A DNA stretch of 64,000 bases, taken from assembly GCA_963422615.1 (NCBI GenBank), contig OY730414.1:744001-808000 (forward strand). The letters are read 5' to 3'. A program made the position numbers and the translations under genes. Positions 9,115-19,173 of the stretch are shown here, piece by piece. The stretch comes from Longimicrobiales bacterium (lineage in GTDB: Bacteria; Gemmatimonadota; Gemmatimonadetes; Longimicrobiales; Gaopeijiaceae). The first letter of the stretch is position 1. Each line of letters starts with the position of its first letter. The notes beneath the pieces are model-generated. The model did not search any database. It had not been told where the DNA came from and saw nothing but the letters and a program-made list of their open reading frames with translations.

Positions 9115-10998
9115 ATGAAGACGGGCAAGGAATCCACCCCGTTCAACCCCGGAAGCTGCGCGACCGGGATCATTCTTCTGTTGTCATTCATCTTGGGTAG
9201 CGCCGGCCCTGCCCGGTCCCAAACCGGTACCATCACGGGACAGGTGGTGGATGTGTCCACGGGTCTGCCTCTTCCCGGAGCCCGGGTCACGGTCGTCGGG
9301 ACCCGTATCCAAGAACGTGTGGGCGACGTGGGAAGCTATGTCCTTTCCGGGGTTCCGGCGGGGAACAGGGTGGTTGAAGCCGCGCTTGCGGGATACGTGT
9401 CGGCACAGAAGTCGGTGACCCTTCCGGTCGGCCAGAGTGTTGTGGTTGACTTTGCGCTGCAACCCGCCGGGCGGCAAGTGCCGTTCGAGGCTCGTAGTCT
9501 TACCGACATTGTGATCCAGGCAAATCCTATCGTGGCGCTCCCGCGACCCTCTAGGCACAACACAGAATCGTACGCTCACATTGAGGAGAACGACTTTCAG
9601 ATCGTGAGCGTGTCTCCGCTGTCCACCTTTTCGATCGACGTCGACCGGGCTTCGTACGCCAACATCCGGCGCTACATCCAGTCGGGAGAGCGGCCGCCTG
9701 TGGATGCGGTTCGGATTGAAGAGATGATCAACTATTTCCCCTACGCGTGGGACAACGTGGGAAGCGAGCATCCCTTCGCCGTTATGACGGAGGTGTGGGA
9801 GGCGCCTTGGAAACGAGAGCACCGACTTGTCAGGATCGGTCTTCGGGCCCGTTCGGTGGATACGGAGCACCTGCCCTCCGCCAATTTGGTTTTTCTGCTC
9901 GATGTATCCGGTTCGATGAGATCACCGGACAAACTGCCTTTGCTGAAGAAGGCGTTTTCCCTTCTTGTTGAGCAGTTGAGACCTCGGGACCGGGTTGCCG
10001 TCGTAGTCTACGCCGGGGCTGCCGGGTTGATCCTGCCCTCGACCCCGGGGGACCGGAGAGGGGAGATCCTGGCCGCCGTGCAGAAGTTGGAGGCCGGAGG
10101 AAGCACGGCGGGCGGAGCTGGGCTGCAACTCGCCTACGACGTCGTTCGAGAGAACTACATAGACGGCGGAAACAATCGGGTCATCCTCGCGACGGACGGC
10201 GACTTCAACGTGGGCGCCTCAAGCGATGCCGAGATGGTCAGGCTCATTGAGCGGGAACGAGAGGGCGGCGCGTTTTTGACCGTACTCGGTTTCGGGGCCG
10301 GGAATCTGAAGGATTCGAAGATGGAGCAGATTGCCAATCACGGAAACGGCAACTTCCACTATGTGGACAATCTCCTGGAAGCGAGGAAGGTACTCGTGGA
10401 AGAGATGGGGGGAACACTGCTCACCCTGGCCAAGGACATGAAGTTACAAGTCGAGTTCAACCCGGAGCGGGTGGCCGGATACCGTTTGATCGGGTACGAG
10501 AACCGACTTCTTGACGCCGAAGACTTTAGCGACGACACCAAGGACGCGGGGGAACTTGGGGCAGGGCACACGGTAACCGCGCTGTACGAAGTGGTCCCGA
10601 ATGGCCTTGCGGTTCCCCGATCCGCCGGTACCGAACCCCTTCGCTACCAGCCGTCTGCAGAAAGACAACCGACCGGGGAGTTCGACGAGGAGCTCATGTA
10701 CATCCGGGTTCGCTACAAGGACCCGGACGGTTCCCAGAGCAAGCTTCTGGGGCACCCCGTCGCCGAGGCCCGAAACTCGCCGTCCGTTGACTTCCGGTTT
10801 GCCACATCCGTTGCCGCGTTCGGCATGTTGCTTCGAGATTCGCCGCACATCGGGGCGTACACGCTGGAAGATGTGATCCACCTAGCCGACCGGAGCCGAG
10901 GCCCCGATCGCCGTGGCTACAGGGGAGAGTTCGTCCGTCTCGTCGAAGCGGTTCGAGATCTGGGTATGCTGAAAGTCAAGACGGGATTTGCTCGCTAG
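9115..10998 (+). CDS. YfbK-like VWA domain protein (vWF_A/VWA/DUF3520) with N-terminal carboxypeptidase-regulatory-like domain
   Basis: 'PLSTFSIDVDRASY', 'VRIEEMINYF', MIDAS 'LDVSGSM', 'LATDGDFNVG', 'YRLIGYENR', 'DAGELGAGH'. Confidence 0.92.
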   Translation: MKTGKESTPFNPGSCATGIILLLSFILGSAGPARSQTGTITGQVVDVSTGLPLPGARVTVVGTRIQERVGDVGSYVLSGVPAGNRVVEAALAGYVSAQKSVTLPVGQSVVVDFALQPAGRQVPFEARSLTDIVIQANPIVALPRPSRHNTESYAHIEENDFQIVSVSPLSTFSIDVDRASYANIRRYIQSGERPPVDAVRIEEMINYFPYAWDNVGSEHPFAVMTEVWEAPWKREHRLVRIGLRARSVDTEHLPSANLVFLLDVSGSMRSPDKLPLLKKAFSLLVEQLRPRDRVAVVVYAGAAGLILPSTPGDRRGEILAAVQKLEAGGSTAGGAGLQLAYDVVRENYIDGGNNRVILATDGDFNVGASSDAEMVRLIEREREGGAFLTVLGFGAGNLKDSKMEQIANHGNGNFHYVDNLLEARKVLVEEMGGTLLTLAKDMKLQVEFNPERVAGYRLIGYENRLLDAEDFSDDTKDAGELGAGHTVTALYEVVPNGLAVPRSAGTEPLRYQPSAERQPTGEFDEELMYIRVRYKDPDGSQSKLLGHPVAEARNSPSVDFRFATSVAAFGMLLRDSPHIGAYTLEDVIHLADRSRGPDRRGYRGEFVRLVEAVRDLGMLKVKTGFAR

Positions 10999-11062
10999 AA
11001 CACGGATCCTCCCTGGATACGCGGATCCCGGAAAAGCGGCAATGCAATGCAGGAACAAACGG

Positions 11063-12337
11063 TCAGATTGATCGAGGGGGACAGGTTTCGGCCTGGCTGG
11101 CGTCAGCTCCTTCTGCTCCTCCGGTGCCGCGCGCTGGGGCTCCCTGGGCCGCGGGTTCGAAGTACCCGTAGTGACCCAGCATAAACCGGCGGATCACCCG
11201 GGCCGCTTTGGCGGCGTAAGCACGCCGGTTGTCTTCTGTGTCCCGCAACCCCGGGAAGTGGTGTTCCAGTTGGATTCCGCTGATGACCTCTCCGTCGTCC
11301 AGGGACCCATGCTCCCGCGTGTTGTGTCCGCCGCTGAAGTACGGTGCCTGGCCGGGTGAAGGATCTTCGGGGCTGGGCACGGAAGCGACCCCTTCTTCGC
11401 CCAGGAGACCGCCAAAGGAGGTGGCCCCTCGGAGCAGCTGTGAAAACGGTATCGGGGAGTCCCTTCCCAGTTCCCGGATACTGGTGCACTTCACGACGGC
11501 CAGGGAATTCAGGTTGACATCGGGCTGGTTCAGGGTTTCGGCGCTCAACAGGTACCCCAGCTCCAGGCGGTCGATGTCGTGCCCGTGGCCGTGGATGTCG
11601 AAGTACATTCCACCGCCAAAGCCGCCCCATACCGTGGCCCGGGCCGCCCGGATCCAGTCGTGAAACTCCCTCCACGCCAGTTCGGCGTAGGGATTCCCTT
11701 GGGCGGCCTCCTCGATCTCCCGGTTCGGATCCAGCTTTCTCCGGTGGAGGTGGGAAATCACCACGTGAGGCGCGAATCCCGTCAGCTTCACGAGGGCCTC
11801 CCGGACCGCGGTCGTGAGCTCCCGGGTGTTGCGATCACTTCTCGTGACGCCGTAGGTACGGTTGGGGATCTCTTCTGGCGCGAGGGCTCCGCCGTGGGAA
11901 GCGGAGAGGATCACAGGCAGTTTGCCGGGGATGTACTCGGTGTATCTTTTCCGTCCGAAGTAGTGCTTCCCCGGTTCATACCGGGCGATCCGTTCCGGAA
12001 CGAAGACCTCCAGACGCGCGATACCGTGGGCGCCTTCTACCGTTGCGGTCACCGTCGTGGTCCCGGCGGCGACCCCGGTGGCAACCCCTGTCGCGCTGAC
12101 CGTGGCCACCGCGGGATCCAGGACGGACCACGTCGGCGAAGCGGCGATCACGGCGCCGTTTCCACTCCGGGCGGTGGCGGAGAAGGCCGCCGATTCGCCC
12201 GTTCCCACGATCAGGGTCGCTTCCGGCGTTACCTTCACCGTGACGACACCCGTAGCCGGGCGGGTTGCTTCCTCGCACGCCAGGAGCGCGCAAACGAAGA
12301 GGAAACATCCCTTCCCGGCTTGCCGGGCCCGGTTCAC
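11063..12337 (-). CDS. Lipoprotein with Ig-like (Big_2) domain and N-formylglutamate amidohydrolase-like domain
   Basis: Lipobox 'LLAC'; 'WSVLDPAVATVSATGVATG'; 'ILSASHGG', 'RKLDPNR', 'YFDIHGHGH', 'YFSGG'; GTG at 12337 overlaps the upstream TGA. Confidence 0.78.
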   Translation of the reverse strand: MNRARQAGKGCFLFVCALLACEEATRPATGVVTVKVTPEATLIVGTGESAAFSATARSGNGAVIAASPTWSVLDPAVATVSATGVATGVAAGTTTVTATVEGAHGIARLEVFVPERIARYEPGKHYFGRKRYTEYIPGKLPVILSASHGGALAPEEIPNRTYGVTRSDRNTRELTTAVREALVKLTGFAPHVVISHLHRRKLDPNREIEEAAQGNPYAELAWREFHDWIRAARATVWGGFGGGMYFDIHGHGHDIDRLELGYLLSAETLNQPDVNLNSLAVVKCTSIRELGRDSPIPFSQLLRGATSFGGLLGEEGVASVPSPEDPSPGQAPYFSGGHNTREHGSLDDGEVISGIQLEHHFPGLRDTEDNRRAYAAKAARVIRRFMLGHYGYFEPAAQGAPARGTGGAEGADASQAETCPPRSI

Positions 12338-12858
12338 GGCTCCTGGGTTTCTGCCGACGGCGCCTCCCGATCTGGCGGGTACCAGCAGTCCTCGGAGCGG
12401 CTCGTATCCACCAATTGAGTAATCTGCCACCCGGATTCGGTTCTGTACAATTCGATGGCGTCGGTTCCGCAGTGGGAGAAGCGGTCATCAAGGTAGAAGG
12501 CGTACTTGGTCCACATCTGGGCCAAGCGCCCGTCCACGTTTACCACCCAGTCCCAGATGGGCTCGTCCCACACTTCCTCCTTGGGCCTGCCGATGCTTTC
12601 GACGAAGCCGCTGGCGGGGCCGAACCGAATGCCTTCTTCGGTGGCGCGGCCCAACCGGGCCTCCGGGTGGAAGACGGCGGCGGCCATTTCGCCGTCATTG
12701 GTCCGCATTGCTTCGAATAGCTGTTGGACTGTGGCGACGACGGCCGCCTCTTCCGGACCGGGTTGAGCGGACGGGGGCGCCTCGGGTGTTTCGGCTGGGC
12801 GGGCACACGATGCGGCGAACATCAGGCCCGCTACCGTCGATACTGCGGGGACTCTCAT
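12334..12858 (-). CDS. NTF2-like (SnoaL/lumazine-binding-like) lipoprotein
   Basis: Lipobox 'AASC'; 'VQQLFEAM', 'VDGRLAQMWTKYAFY', 'SHCGTDAIELYRTESGWQI'. Confidence 0.8.
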   Translation of the reverse strand: MRVPAVSTVAGLMFAASCARPAETPEAPPSAQPGPEEAAVVATVQQLFEAMRTNDGEMAAAVFHPEARLGRATEEGIRFGPASGFVESIGRPKEEVWDEPIWDWVVNVDGRLAQMWTKYAFYLDDRFSHCGTDAIELYRTESGWQITQLVDTSRSEDCWYPPDREAPSAETQEP

Positions 12859-13153
12859 GATGGATTCTCTTCCCTCTTTTTTCGATTCGGCCGGGTCGGC
12901 CGGTGGGGCTTCCGCGAAGGCTGATAATGTCACGGCGACGGCGTGCGGGCTACCGACAGGAGGCGAACCTTCACAGGTCAGCACTGACCGTCCCACGCCC
13001 AAAGGGCTCGGGGGAGTCTTCGACGGCCATTCCCACAGTCGCTTCCCCTCCCTGGATTCGGTACCTTATCCCGCCTTGAAGCTTCCGGATTTGGCCAACC
13101 GATCCTGCCCGGGCCAATCGGTCAGCCTTCCCACCCCGGGCAATGTGCCAGCC

Positions 13154-14191
13154 ATGGAACCGACCACTTACCGGACCAGGCGGCCCACGACTCCCGCGGC
13201 CGAGGAGATCCTGGGCGGCTACTTCCCTGTCCTGGACCACGGCTTCGTAGCTCTGGTGGACTACATGGGAAGCGATGACTCGGTCGAGCGGGCCGCCCGC
13301 GTGAGCTACGGCTACGGCACCCGGAAGGTTTCCCGGACCCGGGGCCTCGTCCGTTACCTCCGGCGCCACCTTCACACGACCCCGTCCGAAATGGTTGAGT
13401 TCAAGTTCCACTGTGCCATGCCCATGTTCGTGGCCAGGCAATGGATTCGCCACCGCACGGCGTCCTTGAATGAATACAGCGGTCGTTACTCCCTCATGCC
13501 GCTTCTGTTCTACCGGCCCGAGAAAGCCCATTTCCTGTTTCAGAGCCGCACCAACCGCCAAGGCCGGGCGCAACCGCAACCGCCGCTTCCAGGGTTCGAA
13601 TCCGTTCCTGGGTGTGAACCCGGTTCCGATTTCTATCACGAAGCCGTCCAGCGCTGGGAGGCAATTCGGAAGCAGGCCGCCCGAGACTACACCTGGCTGG
13701 TGGGGCGGGATGTGGCGAGGGAGTTGGCCCGAATCGACCTTCCCCTATCCACCTACACCCAGTGGTACTGGAAGATCGACCTCCACAACCTGCTCCATTT
13801 TCTGACCCTGCGGGTGGATTCCCATGCTCAGTGGGAGATTCAGGAATACGGCCGGGTGCTGGCGGGAGTGGTCAAGCGGGTCGCGCCCCTGAGCTACGAA
13901 GCCTGGATGGACTACCAGCTCATGGGCGATCGCCTGTCACGGGCCGAAATCCAGGCCCTCTCCCGCCTCGTGGTGGCGGACGACGACGGCCTTGCCGTCC
14001 GCCCGAATGCCCGGGTGACCAACGAAAAACTCGCACAACTCGGTCTGTCGGGCCGCGAAGCGAGGGAACTGAAGGCCAAGTTGACCCCGCGCCCCGCGCC
14101 CGACTACGAGCTGGACCTCTCCGCCATGCGCAGTGCCGAAGACATGGCAGCCAAGATACTGGAAGCGGTCCCCGAGACGGATCTGCAATGA
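13154..14191 (+). CDS. thyX: FAD-dependent thymidylate synthase
   Basis: 'AARVSY', 'HTTPSE', ThyX motif 'RHRTASLNEYSGRY', 'ARELARIDLP', 'HAQWEI'. Confidence 0.95.
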   Translation: MEPTTYRTRRPTTPAAEEILGGYFPVLDHGFVALVDYMGSDDSVERAARVSYGYGTRKVSRTRGLVRYLRRHLHTTPSEMVEFKFHCAMPMFVARQWIRHRTASLNEYSGRYSLMPLLFYRPEKAHFLFQSRTNRQGRAQPQPPLPGFESVPGCEPGSDFYHEAVQRWEAIRKQAARDYTWLVGRDVARELARIDLPLSTYTQWYWKIDLHNLLHFLTLRVDSHAQWEIQEYGRVLAGVVKRVAPLSYEAWMDYQLMGDRLSRAEIQALSRLVVADDDGLAVRPNARVTNEKLAQLGLSGREARELKAKLTPRPAPDYELDLSAMRSAEDMAAKILEAVPETDLQ

Positions 14192-14197
14192 CGGGGG

Positions 14198-15583
14198 TCA
14201 GGCGGAAGGAACTCGGCCCTCGACGAGGATGGTCTTCACGTTGACGAATTCACGAATCCCGAAGTCCGCCAGCTCCCGTCCGAATCCGCTTGCTTTTACA
14301 CCCCCGAAAGGAAGGCGGGGATCGGACTTTACGAATCCGTTTACGAAACACGCACCGGCTTCGATTCCGGTTCGCGCAATTCGCTCCCCCCGCTCCAGGT
14401 CCTGGGTGAACACCGCCGCTCCCAGTCCGTAGGCGGTGTCGTTGGCGATCCGAAGTGCCTCTTCCTCCGACTGGGCGCGAATGATGCAGGCCACGGGACC
14501 GAACACTTCCTCGTCGTATGCGGGCATCCCCGGTCCAACGCCCGTAAGCACGGTGACCGGGTAATACCATCCGGGCCCGGCCGGCACTTTGCCCCCCAGC
14601 ACGCACTCGGCCCCCGCCCGAATGCTGTCGGCGACCTGTTCGGCCAAGTGGTCGCGAAGGTCCTCCCGGGCAAGGGGCCCCACGTCGGTCGTCTCGGCCA
14701 TCGGCTCCCCGACTCGGACCCGGGCCATCCGCTCCGTAACGGCGGCCGTGAAGTCGTCTGCAACGGCTTCGTGGACGATCATGCGCTTCGGAGCGATGCA
14801 GCTCTGACCGCCGTTGATGAGCCGGCCGGTCACGCAGGCGTCGGCGGCCAGGGGGATGTCTGCGTCTTCGAGCACGACGTAGGGGTCACTGCCGCCTAGC
14901 TCCAGAACGCAGGTCTTGATCTGGGACCCGGCGGTTTCCGCAACCTGTCGCCCCGCCCGGGTGCTGCCTGTAACGGTGACGGCCTGCACCCGCGCGTCCC
15001 GAATCAGCGAACCCGTCGTCGGGACATCGATGAAGAGGTTCGAGAATACGCCTTCGGGAACCCCCGCCGCGGCAAAAACATCCCTGATCGCCAAGGCGCA
15101 GCCGGGAACGTTGGGCGCGGGTTTGAGGAGGACCCCATTCCCTGCAATCATGGCGGGTACAGCAGCTCGAACCGCCTGCCACAAGGGGAAATTCCAAGGC
15201 ATGATCGCCAGTACGAGTCCCAGGGGCTGGAAGGTGACGTAACTCTTGGATGGGCCGGTCTCAACGATTTGGTCGGCAAGAAAGGCGGGCCCCTCTTGTC
15301 CATAGTACTTGCACGCCCACGCGCACTTTTCCACTTCTGCAAGGGCCTCCCGGAGGGGCTTGCCCATCTCCATGGTGATGACTTCTGCGAGGGTCCGCTG
15401 TCTCTTGCGCAGGACCCGGGCGACCCCTGCCATGGTTCGGGCCCGGTCGGTCACCGGCGCTTTCCGCCACACGCGTTGCGCGTCGTGGGCACTTGCCAGG
15501 GCCGTCTCCAGTTTGTTGTCCGAAAAGAACGGATACCTGCGAAGGGGTTGGCCGTTGGCGGGGTTGATCGTCGTGAATTCCAT
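14198..15583 (-). CDS. NAD(P)-dependent succinate-semialdehyde dehydrogenase family aldehyde dehydrogenase
   Basis: 'IMPWNFP', 'TGSTRAG', 'LELGGSDP', 'GQSCIA', 'EEVFGP', 'PFGGVKASGFGRE'. Confidence 0.92.
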   Translation of the reverse strand: MEFTTINPANGQPLRRYPFFSDNKLETALASAHDAQRVWRKAPVTDRARTMAGVARVLRKRQRTLAEVITMEMGKPLREALAEVEKCAWACKYYGQEGPAFLADQIVETGPSKSYVTFQPLGLVLAIMPWNFPLWQAVRAAVPAMIAGNGVLLKPAPNVPGCALAIRDVFAAAGVPEGVFSNLFIDVPTTGSLIRDARVQAVTVTGSTRAGRQVAETAGSQIKTCVLELGGSDPYVVLEDADIPLAADACVTGRLINGGQSCIAPKRMIVHEAVADDFTAAVTERMARVRVGEPMAETTDVGPLAREDLRDHLAEQVADSIRAGAECVLGGKVPAGPGWYYPVTVLTGVGPGMPAYDEEVFGPVACIIRAQSEEEALRIANDTAYGLGAAVFTQDLERGERIARTGIEAGACFVNGFVKSDPRLPFGGVKASGFGRELADFGIREFVNVKTILVEGRVPSA

Positions 15584-15778
15584 GGGTGGGGTTGACTCCG
15601 CGAGACGTTGGAGGGTAGCATTGCTCACTTCCGTGAGCATCGGCAGCCGGGAGCGGGCCAGAATCTCCTCTCAGGGGGAGACGACGACCCATATCCGGCG
15701 TTGTTGGAATAGATGATTCCGCCCGAGCCTCAACTCAACGACAGGCACGGACGTTGTGGTTAGCCTGCCGCTGGACCA

Positions 15779-16276
15779 TTGACACCTAAATCGCTGTCGC
15801 GAAAGCCCGTTTCCGTTCTTTTTGTCTGCCTGGGGAACATCTGCAGGTCCCCACTTGCAGAAGGGATCTTCTCCAGTCTGTCCGAAGCTCGTGGCCTGAG
15901 TCTGCGGTTCCAGGTCGACTCTGCGGGAACCGGGGGCTATCACGCCGGGGAGGCTCCTGACCCCCGAGCCTTGGCGGTCGCTCGAGCCCACGGGGTCGCC
16001 TTGAACAGCGTCGCACGGAGGGTGAAGCGCCGGGATATGGACCATCCCGGTATCGTCGTTGCCATGGACCGGAGTAATCTCCGCTCTCTGGAACGGCTGG
16101 GGGGTCGGCGAAGCCGGGTTCGGCTCGTCCTGATGCGGGACTTCGACCCTATCGGCCCTGGCGCGGACGTGCCCGATCCCTATTACGGTGGACCCGGAGG
16201 GTTCCAGGAAGTCTACGAAATCCTCGACCGCTCTTGCCGGGGGCTTCTCGATGACCTGGCGGGACGGAACGGCTGA
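15779..16276 (+). CDS. Low-molecular-weight protein-tyrosine phosphatase
   Basis: P-loop 'VCLGNICRSP', 'DSAGT', 'VPDPYYG'. Confidence 0.95.
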   Translation: MTPKSLSRKPVSVLFVCLGNICRSPLAEGIFSSLSEARGLSLRFQVDSAGTGGYHAGEAPDPRALAVARAHGVALNSVARRVKRRDMDHPGIVVAMDRSNLRSLERLGGRRSRVRLVLMRDFDPIGPGADVPDPYYGGPGGFQEVYEILDRSCRGLLDDLAGRNG

Positions 16277-16438
16277 CGACGGGTAGCGGGCCACGGTCCC
16301 CCGAGACACTACCCCCAAGGGGGCTGGGGGACCAAGACGTCCCGATCGGCCTCCCTCCGGCTTCGTGAACGCCACGGCCAAGGTTTCCCGGCGGTGGCAA
16401 CGGCCAGGCTCGGTTTTCCCCGGTGCAAGCTCCCGGAT

Positions 16439-17182
16439 CTACCTACGCACGGCGACGGCGAGACCGTCCCCTACCGGAAGGATGGTGGCCTCGAAGCGGG
16501 AATCCGACGCCAGGAGCTCGTTGAAGCGATGGATGAGCGTCGCCGTCTGGTCGTCTTCCGGGGTGAGGACCCTGCCCTTCCAGAAAGCGTTGTCGGCCAT
16601 GAGGATCCCGCCCGGTCGAATCAAGCGGGCTCCTTCTTCCAGGTAGGCGGGGTACCGCTCCTTGTCTGCGTCCAGGAACACGGCGTCGAAGGATCCGTCG
16701 GGTCCCAGCTGGGCCATCGTCACCGCGGCGTCCCCAACGCACACCTCCACCCGGTCCAGAAGGCGTGCCCGCTTCAGAGACCGCCTCGCGACCCGGGCGT
16801 GGTCTTCGCTGACCTCCAGGGTGAACAGCCGTCCCCCATCGGGCAGTGCCCGGGCAATCCAGGTGGCTGAGTATCCCGCCAGGGTCCCGACCTCCAGCAC
16901 CCGCCGGGCCCCGGTGGCTCGAACCAGAAGTTGAACGGTCCGGGCGGTGGTCGGTGGAAGCTGAATGCGGGGCAGTCCGGCCCGGTCTGCCCCCTCTCGG
17001 ATTTCCCGCAGGCGATGGTCCTCTCGGGCGAAGAGTCGCCGAACGTACATGTCGAGCCCGTCGTGGTCCAGACTGGACGGCGCGGGTGCGCCGGAGGGCA
17101 CGCTTGCAAAGCTCGGGGTAGACCTTGAGCCGCAGATGTCCCTTTCCTCCGTTGGTTTACCCGCTTCCGGTTTTTCAGCCAC
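16439..17182 (-). CDS. Class I SAM-dependent O-methyltransferase (caffeoyl-CoA OMT-like)
   Basis: 'VLEVGTLAGYS', 'FDAVFLDADK', 'ADNAFW', 'LPVGDGL'; GTG 17182 overlaps aminotransferase TAG, alternative ATG at 17050. Confidence 0.9.
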   Translation of the reverse strand: MAEKPEAGKPTEERDICGSRSTPSFASVPSGAPAPSSLDHDGLDMYVRRLFAREDHRLREIREGADRAGLPRIQLPPTTARTVQLLVRATGARRVLEVGTLAGYSATWIARALPDGGRLFTLEVSEDHARVARRSLKRARLLDRVEVCVGDAAVTMAQLGPDGSFDAVFLDADKERYPAYLEEGARLIRPGGILMADNAFWKGRVLTPEDDQTATLIHRFNELLASDSRFEATILPVGDGLAVAVRR

Positions 17183-18363
17183 TAGAGAACCCGGGCCATC
17201 CGCCGCACGGCTTCCTCGATGTCCTCGTCCGCCGATGCGGTGCTCATGCGCGCGTACCGCTCGTCTCCGAACGCCGTGCCGGGAACGATGGCGACGCCCG
17301 CTTCTTGCAGGATCCGGGTGCAAACATCCGCCGATGTCCTCACCTCCTCGTTGAAGAGGCGGTCCACCCGAAAGTAGAGGTAGAAAGCGCCCTTGGGCAT
17401 GACGTAGGAGAACCCGGGGAGGAGCTCGTCGAACAACCCCACAACCAGATCCCGTCGACGCCGGAAGGCTTCCAGCATCGTGTCCCTTTCCCTTGCCCCT
17501 TCTTCGCCCCGGGCAAGGCCCGCCAGGGCAGCCATCTGGGAGGGCGTGGCGACACTGAGGGAAACGTGGCTCTGGAGGGCCGCCATCTTGGCGGCCAGCT
17601 GAGCCGTCGTGTACGAGAAGCCGACCCTCCAGCCCGTCATGGCGAAAGCCTTGGACATCCCGTTGATGGCGACGATGTGCCCTACGGCGTCGGGGTCCAA
17701 GTCTAGGATGCCCGGCGCCCGGTCGTCCTCCCCGTAGTAGATCTCTCTGTAGATTTCGTCGCAGATGAGGGTCACGTTCCGGGACTTGGCCCATTCGGCC
17801 ATCGCGGCAAGGTCGGTGCCGGAGTATACGGCCCCGGTTGGATTCGATGGCGTCGAAATGATCAGGCCCCGAGTGGAGGATGTGGCGGCCTGGTCCAGGT
17901 CTTCGGGTGTGAGTAGGAAGTCCCGCCCCGCGCTGCCCTTCACGAACACCGGTTCGGCCCGGGCAAGGGCAACCATCTCGGGGTAGGAGGTCCAATACGG
18001 GGAGCCGATCAGGACCTCGTCGCCGGGTCCGAAGAGGCAGAAGCAGGCGTTGAATAGGGACTGCTTGGCTCCAGCGGAGACGACAACCCGCGCGCCGTCG
18101 GCGGGATACACGGTACCTTGGGTCATGTACTGGGCGGCGGCCTTGCGAAGCTCAGGAAGCCCGGCAGACGCCGTATAGCGGGTGCGACCCTGGCGGATCC
18201 CTTCCACGGCTGCATCGGAGATTCCCTTAGGTGTGTGAAAGTCCGGCTCCCCGGCGCTCAGATTGATGATGTCGTGGCCTTCGGCGGCGAGCTTCTTTGC
18301 GAGGGTACTCACGGCCATGGTGGCCGAAGGTTGCAGCTTCGCGATGTTTTCCGAAAAGGTCAT
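17182..18363 (-). CDS. PLP-dependent class I/II (aspartate) aminotransferase
   Basis: 'LSAGEPDF', 'PSNPTG', 'DEIY', PLP-Lys motif 'SKAFAMTGWRVG'. Confidence 0.93.
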   Translation of the reverse strand: MTFSENIAKLQPSATMAVSTLAKKLAAEGHDIINLSAGEPDFHTPKGISDAAVEGIRQGRTRYTASAGLPELRKAAAQYMTQGTVYPADGARVVVSAGAKQSLFNACFCLFGPGDEVLIGSPYWTSYPEMVALARAEPVFVKGSAGRDFLLTPEDLDQAATSSTRGLIISTPSNPTGAVYSGTDLAAMAEWAKSRNVTLICDEIYREIYYGEDDRAPGILDLDPDAVGHIVAINGMSKAFAMTGWRVGFSYTTAQLAAKMAALQSHVSLSVATPSQMAALAGLARGEEGARERDTMLEAFRRRRDLVVGLFDELLPGFSYVMPKGAFYLYFRVDRLFNEEVRTSADVCTRILQEAGVAIVPGTAFGDERYARMSTASADEDIEEAVRRMARVL

Positions 18364-18531
18364 GGTTAGCGTCGCATCCTTGGGCGGGGAGACGAAACGA
18401 GTCAAATTGCACGAAAAGGCGTAGCGGGCCCGGAGAAGCCAGGAAGCTTTCTTCGGATAGAGATAATTTGACGTCCTTTCCGGGACGCCGCCACCCCGTT
18501 TTCCCTCTTTTCACCCGGAGGCCCTTCCCCG

Positions 18532-19167
18532 ATGTTTGAGCTGAACCCGGCTTTCCCGGTTCGCGACCCGACCTTCTTTTTCGACTTCATCGATCCCGGT
18601 TCCTACCTGGTCAGCGTCGTCATCGACGAAGCGGGGTCTGCGGCCAGTCTGGACTGGCGGGGGTTCGAAGTCAGGGTGCCGCCCGCACCCTTGATCGCTC
18701 CCGGCTCCGGGGAGTGGGGAGCCCATCAGTCCCGGGTCTCGACGTACGCCGAAGCTCTGGAAGTCCCCATGACGACCCCCTTGTTCGTGCCGTGGACTCG
18801 CAAGGCCCATGAACTGGTCGAATTCGCAAGGGTGAAGAACCGCTACGGGCGGATTCGGCGGGCGCTGTTTCGGGCCCATTTCGTCGACGGTACGGACATC
18901 GGACGTATAGATTTGTTGGTTGAGATCGCCCGCCAGGAGGGATTGGACGGATCCGAAGCCAAGGTGGCTCTGGATGTGGATCGCTACACTGCCACGGTGC
19001 TCAGCAACCGAGCCATGGCGCGGGAGAGAAACATTTCCGGTGTGCCCACCCTGGCTCGCGGAAACCACCGGCTGGAGGGGCTGCGGTCGCCTGGGGAGAT
19101 CGAGCGTTGGATCGAAGTCGCCGAACCGAGTCGGCGTCCGACCGATTCAAGACCGGCAGAGGAGTAG
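18532..19167 (+). CDS. DsbA/FrnE-like thioredoxin-fold protein lacking cysteines
   Basis: 'FFFDFIDPGSY' at the CXXC position, 'ALFRAHFVDGTDIG', cis-Pro loop 'ISGVPT'. Confidence 0.78.
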   Translation: MFELNPAFPVRDPTFFFDFIDPGSYLVSVVIDEAGSAASLDWRGFEVRVPPAPLIAPGSGEWGAHQSRVSTYAEALEVPMTTPLFVPWTRKAHELVEFARVKNRYGRIRRALFRAHFVDGTDIGRIDLLVEIARQEGLDGSEAKVALDVDRYTATVLSNRAMARERNISGVPTLARGNHRLEGLRSPGEIERWIEVAEPSRRPTDSRPAEE

Positions 19168-19173
19168 AAAACT

